From positions 288,001 through 352,000 of the forward strand of contig CAVZVA010000002.1 in the NCBI GenBank assembly GCA_963778655.1: DNA of 64,000 nucleotides, given 5' to 3'. The notes under the pieces were generated by a model that was not told the DNA's origin, made no database searches, and was given only the letters and a program-made list of their open reading frames with translations. Below, one piece after another: positions 39,045 through 50,000 of the stretch (the stretch's first letter is position 1; the number at the start of each line of letters is the position of its first letter). The translations under genes were made by a program, and so were the position numbers. The stretch comes from an uncultured delta proteobacterium (GTDB taxonomy: Bacteria; Myxococcota_A; Polyangia; Polyangiales; JAFGIB01).

Positions 39045-41035
39045 TGCCGGGCAGAGCCGAGCGCCGGATCGCGCTCGCCGCCGCAGCCGCGCTGCTGTGC
39101 GCGTGCAGCGGCAAGAAGCACCATGCGATGGACGCGGGTAGTGACGGCGGCATGACTCATCCCGCGCAGACCGACGCCGGGCCCAAGGGGCCCAAGGACG
39201 CGCAGGTCACCAAGCCGCCGCTCGATGCCGGGCCCGCCGGCGGCGGCGGCTCCGGCGGGATGAGCGCGACCAACGACGAGGACGCGGGCGTGGCCTGCAA
39301 CCTGAGCGCGTGCCAGCAGAAGGGCGACGCCTGCAATCTCGCGTACTGCGACAAGAAGACGGGCGAGTGCAAGCTGATGCCGAGGCCCGACGGGACAGCG
39401 TGCGGGCGCGTGACCCAGAACGAGTGCACCGCACCGGACTCGTGCCAGGCCGGGGTGTGCGTTCCCAACGACGCGCCTGCAGGCACGCCTTGCGGCGCCC
39501 AGGTTGGCGACTGTTACAACGCCGACGCGTGCGACGGCCACGGGCAGTGCGCGGTCGGCGGCCCCAAGCCGGAGGGCAGCGCGTGCGGGGACTCGAGCGC
39601 GAGCGCTTGCGACCAGCCCGACACCTGTGACGCCAACGGCGTGTGCCAGAGCAACTACGCGCCGCTTGGCGCGGCCTGCGGCGACCAGGGCGTGGCCTGT
39701 CACAACGACGACAGCTGCGACGGGCAGGGCCAGTGCGTGGACAACGGGTTGTGGATGGCCGGCGCGTGCCCGCTGGGCGAGAACGCGCAGGGTTGCCGCT
39801 GCGGCGATCAAAGCCTGACCGAGTGTCACCCGCAGGCGGACTACTGCGACAACGGCAGCTGCACCAGCGTGACGCTCCCGGACGGCAGCGCCTGTGGCTC
39901 ACACGCCGACAACGAGTGCGACAAGCCGGACACCTGTTCCGGCGGGCAATGCGTGACCAACTACGTGCCACAGGGCTCGGCCTGCGGCAATCGCACCACC
40001 GACACCGCGTGCGACAGGCCCGATGTCTGCGACGGGTCGGGCGGCTGCGACCCGAGCTTCAGCCCCTCCAACACGGTCTGCGGAGCTCCGGTGGACGAGT
40101 GCCACCTGGAGTCGCGCTGCAACGGCTCGGGAAGCTGTGGCGCGGGTGCGCCTGCGCCGCTGGACACCATGTGCGGGGACTCGAGCGAGAGCGCCTGCGA
40201 CCACGCCGACAGCTGCGATGGAAACGGCCTGTGCCGAGACAACCTCGCGAGCGCAGGCGCCACCTGCGGCGACCAGAGCGGCACCGAGTGCGACCACCCC
40301 GACAGCTGCGACGGCAGCGGCGCTTGCCAGCCGAACTACGCGGCGGCCGGCAGCGCCTGTGGCGACCGCGCCGCCACCTGTCTGGTCGCCGACGCCTGCG
40401 ACGGCAGCGGCGGCTGCATCGACAACGGCGTGATCTCGCCCTGCGGCATCGTCGGCACGGTGACGGCCGGCGGCTCGCCGGTGTCAGGCGTGACGGTCGA
40501 GGTGCTGGGCAGCATCCCGGCCAGCACCACCACGGGCACCAACGGCCGCTATCAACTGTCGGTGCCGCTGCTCGAGGACGCAATCCTGCACGTCGCGGGC
40601 ATCAACGGCTATTGGGGCGCGGCGCAGGTACGCAGGTTCACGGCGCAGGACGCCGGGCGCTCCTTCAACTTCGCGCTGCAACCCGACTCCGCAGTCCAGG
40701 TGCCGGGCACCAGCGTCGGGCTGACGGCCGACACCTCCAAGGGCGAGATGGTGCTCACCTTCGGCGGCGGCTTCCTGGTGGGCACCGAGGGCGCGACGCT
40801 GAGCGCGCAGAGCGCGATGCCGATCGCATTTGGCTCCTCGGGCTACCTCTACTCGAGCTCGATCATGTCGACGCAGAACGGCAGCCCGCTGATCTTCATG
40901 AACACCGCACCCGGCAACACCTCCGTGACCCCGGTCAGCGCCAGCAGCAATACCTGCACCCTCAGCGCCAGCAGCCTCAGCCAGTTCCCGGTCTACGCCC
41001 ACGTCGTCACCACGCTCGACGTGATCTGCGAGTAG
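39044..41035 (+). CDS. Lipoprotein with tandem disintegrin-like Cys repeats and C-terminal carboxypeptidase-regulatory-like beta domain
   Basis: The ATG overlaps the upstream TGA. Lipobox LCAC, repeats G.ACGD....CD..D.CDG.G.C, then GTVTAGGSPVSGVTVEV..TTTGTNGRYQL. Confidence 0.85.
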   Translation: MPGRAERRIALAAAAALLCACSGKKHHAMDAGSDGGMTHPAQTDAGPKGPKDAQVTKPPLDAGPAGGGGSGGMSATNDEDAGVACNLSACQQKGDACNLAYCDKKTGECKLMPRPDGTACGRVTQNECTAPDSCQAGVCVPNDAPAGTPCGAQVGDCYNADACDGHGQCAVGGPKPEGSACGDSSASACDQPDTCDANGVCQSNYAPLGAACGDQGVACHNDDSCDGQGQCVDNGLWMAGACPLGENAQGCRCGDQSLTECHPQADYCDNGSCTSVTLPDGSACGSHADNECDKPDTCSGGQCVTNYVPQGSACGNRTTDTACDRPDVCDGSGGCDPSFSPSNTVCGAPVDECHLESRCNGSGSCGAGAPAPLDTMCGDSSESACDHADSCDGNGLCRDNLASAGATCGDQSGTECDHPDSCDGSGACQPNYAAAGSACGDRAATCLVADACDGSGGCIDNGVISPCGIVGTVTAGGSPVSGVTVEVLGSIPASTTTGTNGRYQLSVPLLEDAILHVAGINGYWGAAQVRRFTAQDAGRSFNFALQPDSAVQVPGTSVGLTADTSKGEMVLTFGGGFLVGTEGATLSAQSAMPIAFGSSGYLYSSSIMSTQNGSPLIFMNTAPGNTSVTPVSASSNTCTLSASSLSQFPVYAHVVTTLDVICE

Positions 41036-41275
41036 GCCAGTCGGGCTCGGAGAAACGTGCCATTCGGCGTTCTCCAGGCCTGCGAATGGCGCGCTTCTGC
41101 GTCCCCGCGCGACCCCTGTCCCCGCCCGGCCTCCGCTCATCCCCCCGACCCTCGGCGCGCCGCAACGCACGGCCGGCCACCGAAACCCATCCACGCCGGG
41201 CAAGGCCTTCGTCCTCGGGGGCGCTCAGCGGAGGCGGTCAGCCGGAGCGGTCGAGGCCGGCGCGAAGCCCCCGAC

Positions 41276-44011
41276 TCACTGCAGGTCGGCTGGGCAGGTG
41301 GTCGAGCTGCCGTCGCAGCTTTCGGCCACGTCACAGGTACCGGTGGAGGCCCGGCAGGTGTGGCTGGAGCTGACCGGGGCGCAGGTGCCGTCGGTCGGCG
41401 CGCCCGCGGTGGTGCTGCAGGCTTGGCAGTCGCCGGTTCCACCAGCGCACGCGTTGTTGCAGCACACCCCGTCCACGCAGAAGCCGCTCACGCATTGCTG
41501 ATTGGTCGTACAGCTCAAGCCGTTGCCCAACGGGGTGACACAGACCAGGTTGTCGGACCCCGTCTGGTAGGCCGCATAGACCTCCGCGCCGCTCAACGCC
41601 TTGTCGTAGATGCGGACGTCATAGATGGTGCCGCCCAGCTCCGGGTCTGTGCTGAACTGCGACTTTCCGATCCAGTCGTTCACGTCCGAAATCGAGCTGA
41701 GGTGGTCATTGGTATTCAGCGTCGCCGAGCCAATCAACGCGCCGTTGATGTAGAGCGAAATGGCGTTGTTGCTGTCGTCGAATACGCTGACGACCTGGAC
41801 CACGCTTCCGGTCGCGAGCGCCGAGGACGAGGTTACGCCCACCTTGCTCCCGCCCGAGCGCAGGTACTCCGTCCTCACCCCGCTGCCGTTGCTGGGCGTG
41901 GCGAACAGGTAGCTGATGCCGGTGCCCTGGGTGCCCTCGGACTTGTCCGAGGTACCGAAGTCGAAGATGCGCTGCCAAGCCGAGCCGCCCGACCAGCTCA
42001 GCCAGACCTCGACCGTCACGTTGGTCAAGCCGCTGATCAGCCCGTTCGGTAGATCCACGAATTGGTTGCTCGTTCCTCCGGAGAGTGACACGGCGCCGCT
42101 GCCGTTGAGGCTGGCGTTGGTGACCGTGCCGTTGGAGCTGCCCGTGCTATCGGTCGCGGTCGTGCTCCCGCTCGATCCGCTGAAGTCCCAGCGGTGAACC
42201 AGCGACGAATCGAGCGAGCCGGCCTGGCACAAGTTGCTGGCGCAGTCGCTGTCGGTGGAGCATCCGCTGGCGTCCTTGAGCTTGCACACGTTCGCGCCGT
42301 CGCACGCACCGGCCTTCTTCGTGATCATGAGGTTGTCGATGTAGGCGGTCGAGGTCGCGCTCGCGGCGTCGCGCTCGGTCACCACGTCCCACTTGTTGAT
42401 CGCGCTCCCGGTACGCGGCACGGCGAAGCGCCGGTGGTACCAGGTGTGGTACGCCTTGCTCGAGATGTCCGTCGCGGGATGGAAGCCCAGACCGTTCTGG
42501 TCGAGCATGGCGAGATCGCGCCAATACCCCATGCTGTCGGAGACGTCGAGACCGCCAATGCCGTCGGCGTTGTCCTCCAGATACACGTCGTACTCGAGGT
42601 AGTCGCCCTGGACCGGGGTGTACCCGGTGGTGGTGAGCTTCCAGTACGTGTACCTGCCGACCCCCGAAGAGCTCGAGGTGGTCACGAACTTCGCGGCGTC
42701 CGAGCCCCAACCGCCCGGGACCGTGCTGGCTGTCGCCAGGCTGGCGTCCTGGCTGGTCCAATCGCCGGCGCCGGAATTGAAATCGAGGCTGTTGGTGATG
42801 CCGCCGCCCGACCAGATCGTGGTCGCCGACGTCGGGTAGGCGCAGTCGGTGCCTTTGGCCGCGTAGCCGTCCGTCGGACAGCTCGCCGAGACCCCGTCGC
42901 AGACCTCGGCGGCGTCGCATTCGCCCGTGCGCGTCCGGCACACCGCACCCGCATTGCCGGGCGCGCTGGAGCAGCTTCCGGCGGAGCACGAGTCCACCGT
43001 GCACGCGTTCGAGTCGTCGCAGCTCACCACGTTGGCGCAGGTGGTACCGCAGCTGGTGACCGATGTGGTGTCCGTCTCGCAGCCGTTCGCCCCGTTTCCG
43101 TCGCAGTCGAGCAACCCCGCGCCGCAGGCGACGCACGACCCCGCCGAGCAGGTCTGGCCCCCGCCGCAGGTTATGCCGCAACCGCCGCAGTTTGTGTCGC
43201 TGGTCAGCAACGCCTCGCAACCATCGCTTCCGCCGTTGCAGTCGGCGTAGCCGCTGTCGCAGGTGAGAGTCAGCGCGAGGGTAACATTCGAGAGAGCCGG
43301 AGAGAGGTTCAACGAATACACGCTCGAGGACTCGCTGCCATAGCTGCCGGCGATCGTGAACGAGCCTGTGCCCAACGCCGACTGGATGTCGCCCAGAGCG
43401 GTGGCGTTGAGGGCGACGCTCACCGGATTGGCGTTTCCCGCCGAGGTGCCGTAGCTCGTGCCGCTCGACAGGTTGTTGAAGGTCGTCGAATTCACAGAGC
43501 TGGACGGGTCCCCGTTGTATTTCCGGAACGTGATCGTGTTGGTCGAGCCGGAGGTACCGCCACCCGTGGTCGAAAACGTGGCTGCAGACGGCGCGCTCGC
43601 GCTGGCGTGCTGGATCCCGCTCAGATTGAAGATGAAGTAGTCGCGGAAAACGTTTGTTCCAAAGCAACCGCCACCTTCTCCGCCGACCTCGACATTTCCC
43701 CCGTTGTTTTGATAGGAGGTGCCGCAGAAGCCGTTGATTGCCTTCTCGATGTTTCCGACCTTCGTCGCGGTCACGGTCACCGACCCGCTCAACGGATTGG
43801 CCGACACCGCCACCTTCTCGGCCGGTACCTGCGGCGCGTTCGCCGCCGTGCCGCACGCGCCGAGGCACAAGGCCGCGGCACCAGCGAGAGCGAGTAGGCA
43901 GAGCCACGCGGCAGGCACCCACGGAGCCGTCCCAGCGGGCCAGGCCGTCCCGGGCCGAGCTCGACGGCCGCCCGCGCCGCGCGGGGCACGATGTTGATCC
44001 GTACGCCTCAT
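41276..44011 (-). CDS. Cys-rich surface lipoprotein with LamG-like and jelly-roll (CBM-like) domains
   Basis: ATG 44011 overlaps the giant gene's TGA (ATGA). Lipobox LGAC. LamG-like segment (LVHRWDF, TVEVWLSW, WQRIFDFG, LYING, DVRIYDKALS) plus disintegrin-like and other Cys repeats. Confidence 0.85.
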   Translation of the reverse strand: MRRTDQHRAPRGAGGRRARPGTAWPAGTAPWVPAAWLCLLALAGAAALCLGACGTAANAPQVPAEKVAVSANPLSGSVTVTATKVGNIEKAINGFCGTSYQNNGGNVEVGGEGGGCFGTNVFRDYFIFNLSGIQHASASAPSAATFSTTGGGTSGSTNTITFRKYNGDPSSSVNSTTFNNLSSGTSYGTSAGNANPVSVALNATALGDIQSALGTGSFTIAGSYGSESSSVYSLNLSPALSNVTLALTLTCDSGYADCNGGSDGCEALLTSDTNCGGCGITCGGGQTCSAGSCVACGAGLLDCDGNGANGCETDTTSVTSCGTTCANVVSCDDSNACTVDSCSAGSCSSAPGNAGAVCRTRTGECDAAEVCDGVSASCPTDGYAAKGTDCAYPTSATTIWSGGGITNSLDFNSGAGDWTSQDASLATASTVPGGWGSDAAKFVTTSSSSGVGRYTYWKLTTTGYTPVQGDYLEYDVYLEDNADGIGGLDVSDSMGYWRDLAMLDQNGLGFHPATDISSKAYHTWYHRRFAVPRTGSAINKWDVVTERDAASATSTAYIDNLMITKKAGACDGANVCKLKDASGCSTDSDCASNLCQAGSLDSSLVHRWDFSGSSGSTTATDSTGSSNGTVTNASLNGSGAVSLSGGTSNQFVDLPNGLISGLTNVTVEVWLSWSGGSAWQRIFDFGTSDKSEGTQGTGISYLFATPSNGSGVRTEYLRSGGSKVGVTSSSALATGSVVQVVSVFDDSNNAISLYINGALIGSATLNTNDHLSSISDVNDWIGKSQFSTDPELGGTIYDVRIYDKALSGAEVYAAYQTGSDNLVCVTPLGNGLSCTTNQQCVSGFCVDGVCCNNACAGGTGDCQACSTTAGAPTDGTCAPVSSSHTCRASTGTCDVAESCDGSSTTCPADLQ

Positions 44012-47000
44012 AGGTTGCCTCGGCAGACGTACTCCAGGAACCAATCGTAGAGCGTCGGGCTGGCGCTGCCGTCCGAGTTGGCGTTGAGCGTCACCTTCAT
44101 CTTGACGTATGGCTTGCCGTTCTGACCCTGCATCAGATTACCGCCGATGTCGGCCGGCGGGGTGGTGTACTGGCACTGGTTGGCGCTGGTCTTGCAGTAC
44201 GACGCGACGATGTCGCCGTTGAGGCTCCCGTTCGGGCACTGAGCGTCCGCCGTACAGAAGCCGCTCAGCTTCGGCGGAGAGATGAACTGACACTGGCCGC
44301 CCGCACCACAGAAGCCGTCGGTGAGCGCTCCGTTGACGGTGATGTTCTTGCAGTCGGCATTGGTGGCGCACGCTCCGGTCGCCGAGGTCACCGTCGCGAC
44401 GTGCGAGTAGGTACAGCTGGACAAGTCGCCCGGCGTGTCGCCGGTGCAGACGTCGAACCCGATGCTGGTGCCGGGCGGGATGTCCGCCTTGAAGAACAGA
44501 TCGGTCCAGTCCTGGGTCTCGTTCGTCGTGCAGTCCGGATCGAGCAGGTCGGCCTTGCCGTCCTTGTCGTTGTCCACGGTGTCCAGGCAGCTGCCCGGGT
44601 TGCAGCCCGGATCGTCGGCGTCGATGGTGCCGTCTCCGTTGTTGTCGACGCCGTCGGTACAGCTGTCGGGCGCGGTGCCTTCGCCCTCGATCTGGTAGTA
44701 GTTGCAGCCCGCCCCATACACCTGCTGCTCGTAGGTGCCGGAGGTCATATACGTGCCTGCGCCGACGCTCGGGGGCGGCGGACCCATCTTGTCGGTGGGG
44801 ATGATATAGACCGGGATCTCGTCGAGCAGGTACTGGTGGTTGCCGACGATCTGCAGCTTGAAATGGTAGCCGCCGTTGGGATCAGCCGTGTTCGGAGGCA
44901 CCGCATTCGGATCGAGCGGGTTGGTGAACTGCACGAAGAACTGCGGTGTGGCGCCCGGCGCGCACTGGGCGACCGTGTTCTTGGGCGCCGGACTGGTGTC
45001 GCTGCAGCCCTGCGAGAAGCTCTGGCACTGCGCCTGGTTGGGATCAGCCGAGTTCGTGCACTTCTGAATGGTGATGGTGAAGCCCGGGTTGTTCACCACC
45101 GAGAGCGTGATGTCCATGGCCAGGTAGTTCGCCAGATCGCGCACGGCCATGCTCAGCCCGGAGCCGATCCCGGTGCCGTTGGAGTTGATGTAGCGCAGCA
45201 AACCCTGGCCGTTGGTCGCATCGATGGCGCCGCTGGCCTGCGAGATCACCTTGAGCTGGGTGGCGGCGCCGTCGCAGCGGCCGCCGTTGCTGCCGGCCGC
45301 GCAGGACAGCACCGGCAGCACCTTGGTGCCGGTCTGGAGCAGGGCGTCGTGCACCTGCGGCCAATCCGGCGGCACGTACTTCGGCGAGGTCCCGTGGGCC
45401 GGGTCGCCGACCTGCAGCTCGTAGAAGCCCTTCTCGTTGGCTTTGCGGCCCTTGACCGTGAGGTAGTAGTTGTCGGCCGCGAGCGACTGGGTGAAGCTGT
45501 TCGTCGTCAGCTCGGAGCTGCGGCAGGCCTGGCTGCCGGCCGGATCGGTGCCGGCGCACTTGCTGCTGGTGCACTTGCCCGAGCAGCACTGCCCGTTGCT
45601 GCCGCAGCTGTCGCCGAGCGGGCGGCAGCTGTTGTACGGCGGCACGTTGGGACAGATGGTCTGGCAGCTCAGCAGTTGCCCGCCGCCGCTCTGCAGGCCC
45701 AGCTCGTCATAGAGCTTGAGGTTGTAGCTGCCCTGCTCGCCCCGGGCGTCGCCCTTGAGCAGCACGGTGTAGTCGACCCCAGCCTTCACGTCGGCCTCGA
45801 TGCGATCGCTCGCGCCGGGATCCGCACAGGCGATGCGGTTGTCGGGATTGGCGGTCACGTCGCGGACGTTGAGCTGATAGGTTCCGCTCTGGCCCGGCCC
45901 GTCGCCCTTGACCACGACGTAGTGCGTGCCCGGCTGCAGGTCGGCTTCGATTACCGAGGTGCCGTTCGGACCGCTGTCCTTGTCGCAGGCGAGCCGGTTG
46001 TAGTCGAGGAAGGGATCGACGTCCTTGACCTGCAGCTCGTAGGGACCGTTGGTGCTGGCGGCACCCGTGACAACGGCGTAGTAGTCGCCGGCCGGGTACG
46101 TTGCATCGATGCTGCTGCCCGCAGCCGCGCAGGCGATCGGCGTGCTGCCGGCCGCGGCCTGGTTGCTGATCAGATCGTCGACGCTCAGCTCGTAGGGTCC
46201 CTCATCGCCCGTGTCGTTGCCCTTGACCACCACGTAGTAGTCCTGGCCACCGGTCACGGGAATGCCCGAGCCGCCGCCGTCGAGCGTGCTGAGCGCGCAC
46301 CCGATCTCCATGCCGCTCTCCTGGCTCGAGGCGACCAGATCCTTGAAGGTGATGCTGTAGGGTCCGCCCGAGCCGCCGCTGCCGATCGCGTCGGTATCGC
46401 TCAGCACGGCGACGTAGTCGCCCGCGGGCAGGGTCTGGGTGATGGTCGCGCCGCTCCCCGCGTCCGCGCAGGTGATTGCCTGGGTTGCGCTGTTGTCACG
46501 GATCGACAGGTTGAACGGTAGGCTGCTCTGGCCCCAGGCCGCGGTCGCGCCCTTGACCACCGCGTAGTAGGTGCCCGGGGCGAGCGTCGCGGAGATCTTC
46601 GAATCGGTGCCGCCGCCGCCATTGTCGTCACAGCCGATGGTCTGGGCGAACGCATCCTTGGCGTAGTTGGTGCCGAAGACCGTGGCGTTGCCCGGATAGA
46701 GCGCCAAGACGGTGTCGAGCGCCGAGCCGGTGGTGTCCACCGTGACGTCGCTCTGCTGGGTCACGTTGAACTTGAAGAACGCGTCGGGCGACATCGAGTC
46801 GGCTCCGCAGCCCATGTTGGACGAGGTGCCGTCCACGCTCTCCACGTTCAACGTGTAGTTGCCCTTGGCGCTGGACGACCCGTCGCCCTTCACGATCACG
46901 TAGTACGGCGTGTTGGCCGCCACCGTGTAGTCGATGGTGTCGTTGGCGGTGTCGCAGGCCACCTTGGTCGCGGCCGAGGTGCTCGCGGAAAGATCCTCGA

Positions 47001-50000
47001 AGCTCAGGTCGTAGGGCCCGCCGGTGCCGTCGTCCGACACCACCAGCTTGTAGTCGCCCGCAGGCAGCGTCTGCGTGATGGTCGGCGCGCTGGCCGGGGC
47101 GCATGCGATGTTGGCGTTGGCGTTCTGATCCTTGATCGAGAGGTCGAACGGCTTGCTGGCGTCGCCCCAGGCCGCGCCGGTTCCGACCTTGCCCTTGACC
47201 TCCACGTAGTAGTCACCCGCGGGCAGCATGCTGCTGATGCGAGAAGACCCGGGGCTGCCGCCGGCAAACGGGCCGCTATCGTCGTCGCAAGGGACCGGAT
47301 TTCCGTTCACGTCGTGCGCGTAGTTCGTGCCAAAGTACGACACGCCCACGTTGTACAGCGCGATCACCGTGTCGAGCACCGACTTGTCGGTGTCGATGGT
47401 GACCTGCGTCGGGGCCGACAGGCTGAACCTGTAGAATGCGTCCGGCGACTGAGGATCGGCGTTGCAGCCCATCCCGGTCGTCGCCTGCATATTCTCGACC
47501 GTGAGCTTGTACGGGCCCTGGCCCGATGCGCCGGACGTGTCGCCCTTGACCACGACATAGTAGGGGTTACCGGCAGTGACGTTCTGATAGATGGTGTCGG
47601 TCGCGGTGTCGCAAGCGATCTGCGTCGCGGCGTTGGCGAAGGGTGCGTAGTCGCGCATGCGTAGGCTGTAGTCCCCGTCGGTCGGGCTGAAGCTGCTCGA
47701 GCCCTTGAGCGCAACCCAGTAAGTGCCAGGTTGCAGCACCTGATGGATACGCGCCTGACCGGTCGCCACGTCGGTGGTCGCGGCGCAGTAGCTCGAGGGC
47801 ACCCCGCCGTCGTCGCGCACCGAGATGTTGAACGGCAGCTTGTTGTCGGGGGCCCCGGCACGGGCGCGCACCACCACGTAGTACGTACCCGGGTTGAGAT
47901 GGACGCCGCCGATCAGCGAGCTTCCGCCCACGCCGCTGCTCGAGTCGCACGCGACCATGTCATCGGGCTTTCCGTCACAGGAAGCGACCGGGTTGCACGC
48001 CCCGGTCGGCTGTCCGGCGTTGACCGGGTTGCAGCAGACCTGGGTCGCGTTGTTGCGCACATCCGTGCCGAAGCTCGCCGTCGACGGGAACAGCGCCAGC
48101 ACGGTCTGCAGCGACGAGCCCTGGCTGTCGATGGTCACGGTGCTGCCGCCGGCGGCAGTGACGTCGAAGCTGTAGAACGCATCGCCCGAGGTGGTGTCGT
48201 CCCCACAACCGAACGACGGCACACCCGACAGATCCTGAATGGTCAGGCCGTAGTCCCCCTCGTCACCGACGTTCTTGCCCTTGACCACCACGTAGTAAGA
48301 CTCGTTGGCGTTGACGCTGGCGTCGATCTGCGAGGTATTGCAGGCGATCTCGGGAGCGCCGCTGACGGCGACGCTGGCGCTGTCCTTGACCGTCAGCCTG
48401 TAGCTCAAGTCGGTCGAGCTGTTGGTCTTGGTGGGAATGATGCCGGCATAGTAGGTGCCGGCGCCGAGCGGCGGCGTGGTCAGGGTGGCGCCGGTCGAAA
48501 TCGGGCCGTCGGCGCACGCCAGCGAGCCGAGCGCCGACAGGTCTTGCAACACCAGCTTGAAGGGCCGCTGGGCGTTGCCGCCTGCCAGGTTGTTGCCGCG
48601 GAAGACAACGTAGTACGTGCCGGAGCTCAGGTTGCAGGTCTCGGCCGTCGAAATCGACGAGCACGGGCAGCTGCCCACGGCCGCGCCCGAGTTGTCGAAG
48701 ACCTGGAACGCTCCGGTCAAGCTCGAGCCGGACATGTCGATGCGCACATCACGCGGTCCACTGGTGAGGGTGAACGCCGCGTAGCCGTCCGGAGCACTCA
48801 GGTCGGTCGGACAGGCCGCGTCGATCGCCTGCACGCCGCTGACGTCGGTGACGCTCAGCGTGAAGGTGCCTTGATTGGGCGGCCCGTCGCCCTTGACCAC
48901 CGCGTAGTAGTCGGTGTTCGCCGCCAGCGTGTGCGTCATCGCCATGCCGGTCGTGCACTCGATCACCGGAGCCGCAACCGCCCCGCTCTGGTCCTGATCG
49001 TTGAGCTGCAGCGCGTAGACGCCGTCGGGGCTGCCCTGCTGATCGGACACCGCCACGTAGTAATGGCCTGCCTTGAGCTGACCGGAGGCGTTGAGCGCGG
49101 CCGCCGGCAGCGAGCTCGACTGCAGCACGGCAGGAGTAACCGAGGTGCCGTCGGCACACGCGATCGACCCCACGGCGTCGAGGTCACGGAGCGAAATGTC
49201 GGGCGACCCCTCGGCGGCCCCGCCAGCCACGGATAGGCCCTTCACCACCAGGAAGTACTTTCCGGCCGTGGTCAGCGTGTAGGTCTGGCTGCTGGCCGAA
49301 CAGCCCAGAATCGCGTCGTCCGGCGTGAAGCTGCCGTCGTCGCGGTAGAGCTGGAACGCCCCGCTGAAGCCGGTCAGCGAGACCTGCACGCGCTTGGGTA
49401 CGCTGCTCACCGTGAACTCGTAATAGTCGTCGGGAGCGGCCAGGTCCGCTCCGCAGCCGATGTCGGTGCGCGTGTCGTAGGACGAGGCCGTGGGGTCGAG
49501 CGCGCCGATGTCGGTGACGGTCAGGCCGTAGGCGCCCTTCTCGCTTGGGCTCGCGCCCTTGACCAGCACGTAGTAGTCGTGGTTCGCGCTGACGTTGAGG
49601 TCCAGCGTCTTGCCGTTCGCGCAGGCCGCCTCGGTTCCGCCCGATTGACTGTAGGCCGCGTCGCGGACCGAGAGCTGGTAGGTCGACGCGGACGGACCGC
49701 TCTGCGGCTTCAAGCCGACGTAGTACGTTCCGGCCGTGAGCGACTTGGTCAGCGTGGTGCCGGCGGTGGCCAGGCCATCGCTGCAGTCGGCCGCGCGCTG
49801 CACGTCGTCGTCGCGGACCGAAAGCTGGAACGGCTGCTCGGCCGCGGCGCCGGCCGCGCTGGTGCCGCGGATCTTGACATAGTAGTTGCCCGGCGTGAGC
49901 TGGCTGCCGAAGGTGGTGGCACCGGTAGTCGCAGCGCACCCGATCTTGGTGTCGGGGCTCGCCCCATTGTCCTGCCACAGCTCGTACACGCCATCGAGCG

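Noticed and set aside
41036..41300. Possible truncation of the 41276-44011 gene, which stops right after a disintegrin-like repeat (CPADLQ*)
   Set aside because: I could not see a continuation of Cys repeats beyond the stop, so there is no positive evidence for a pseudogene.
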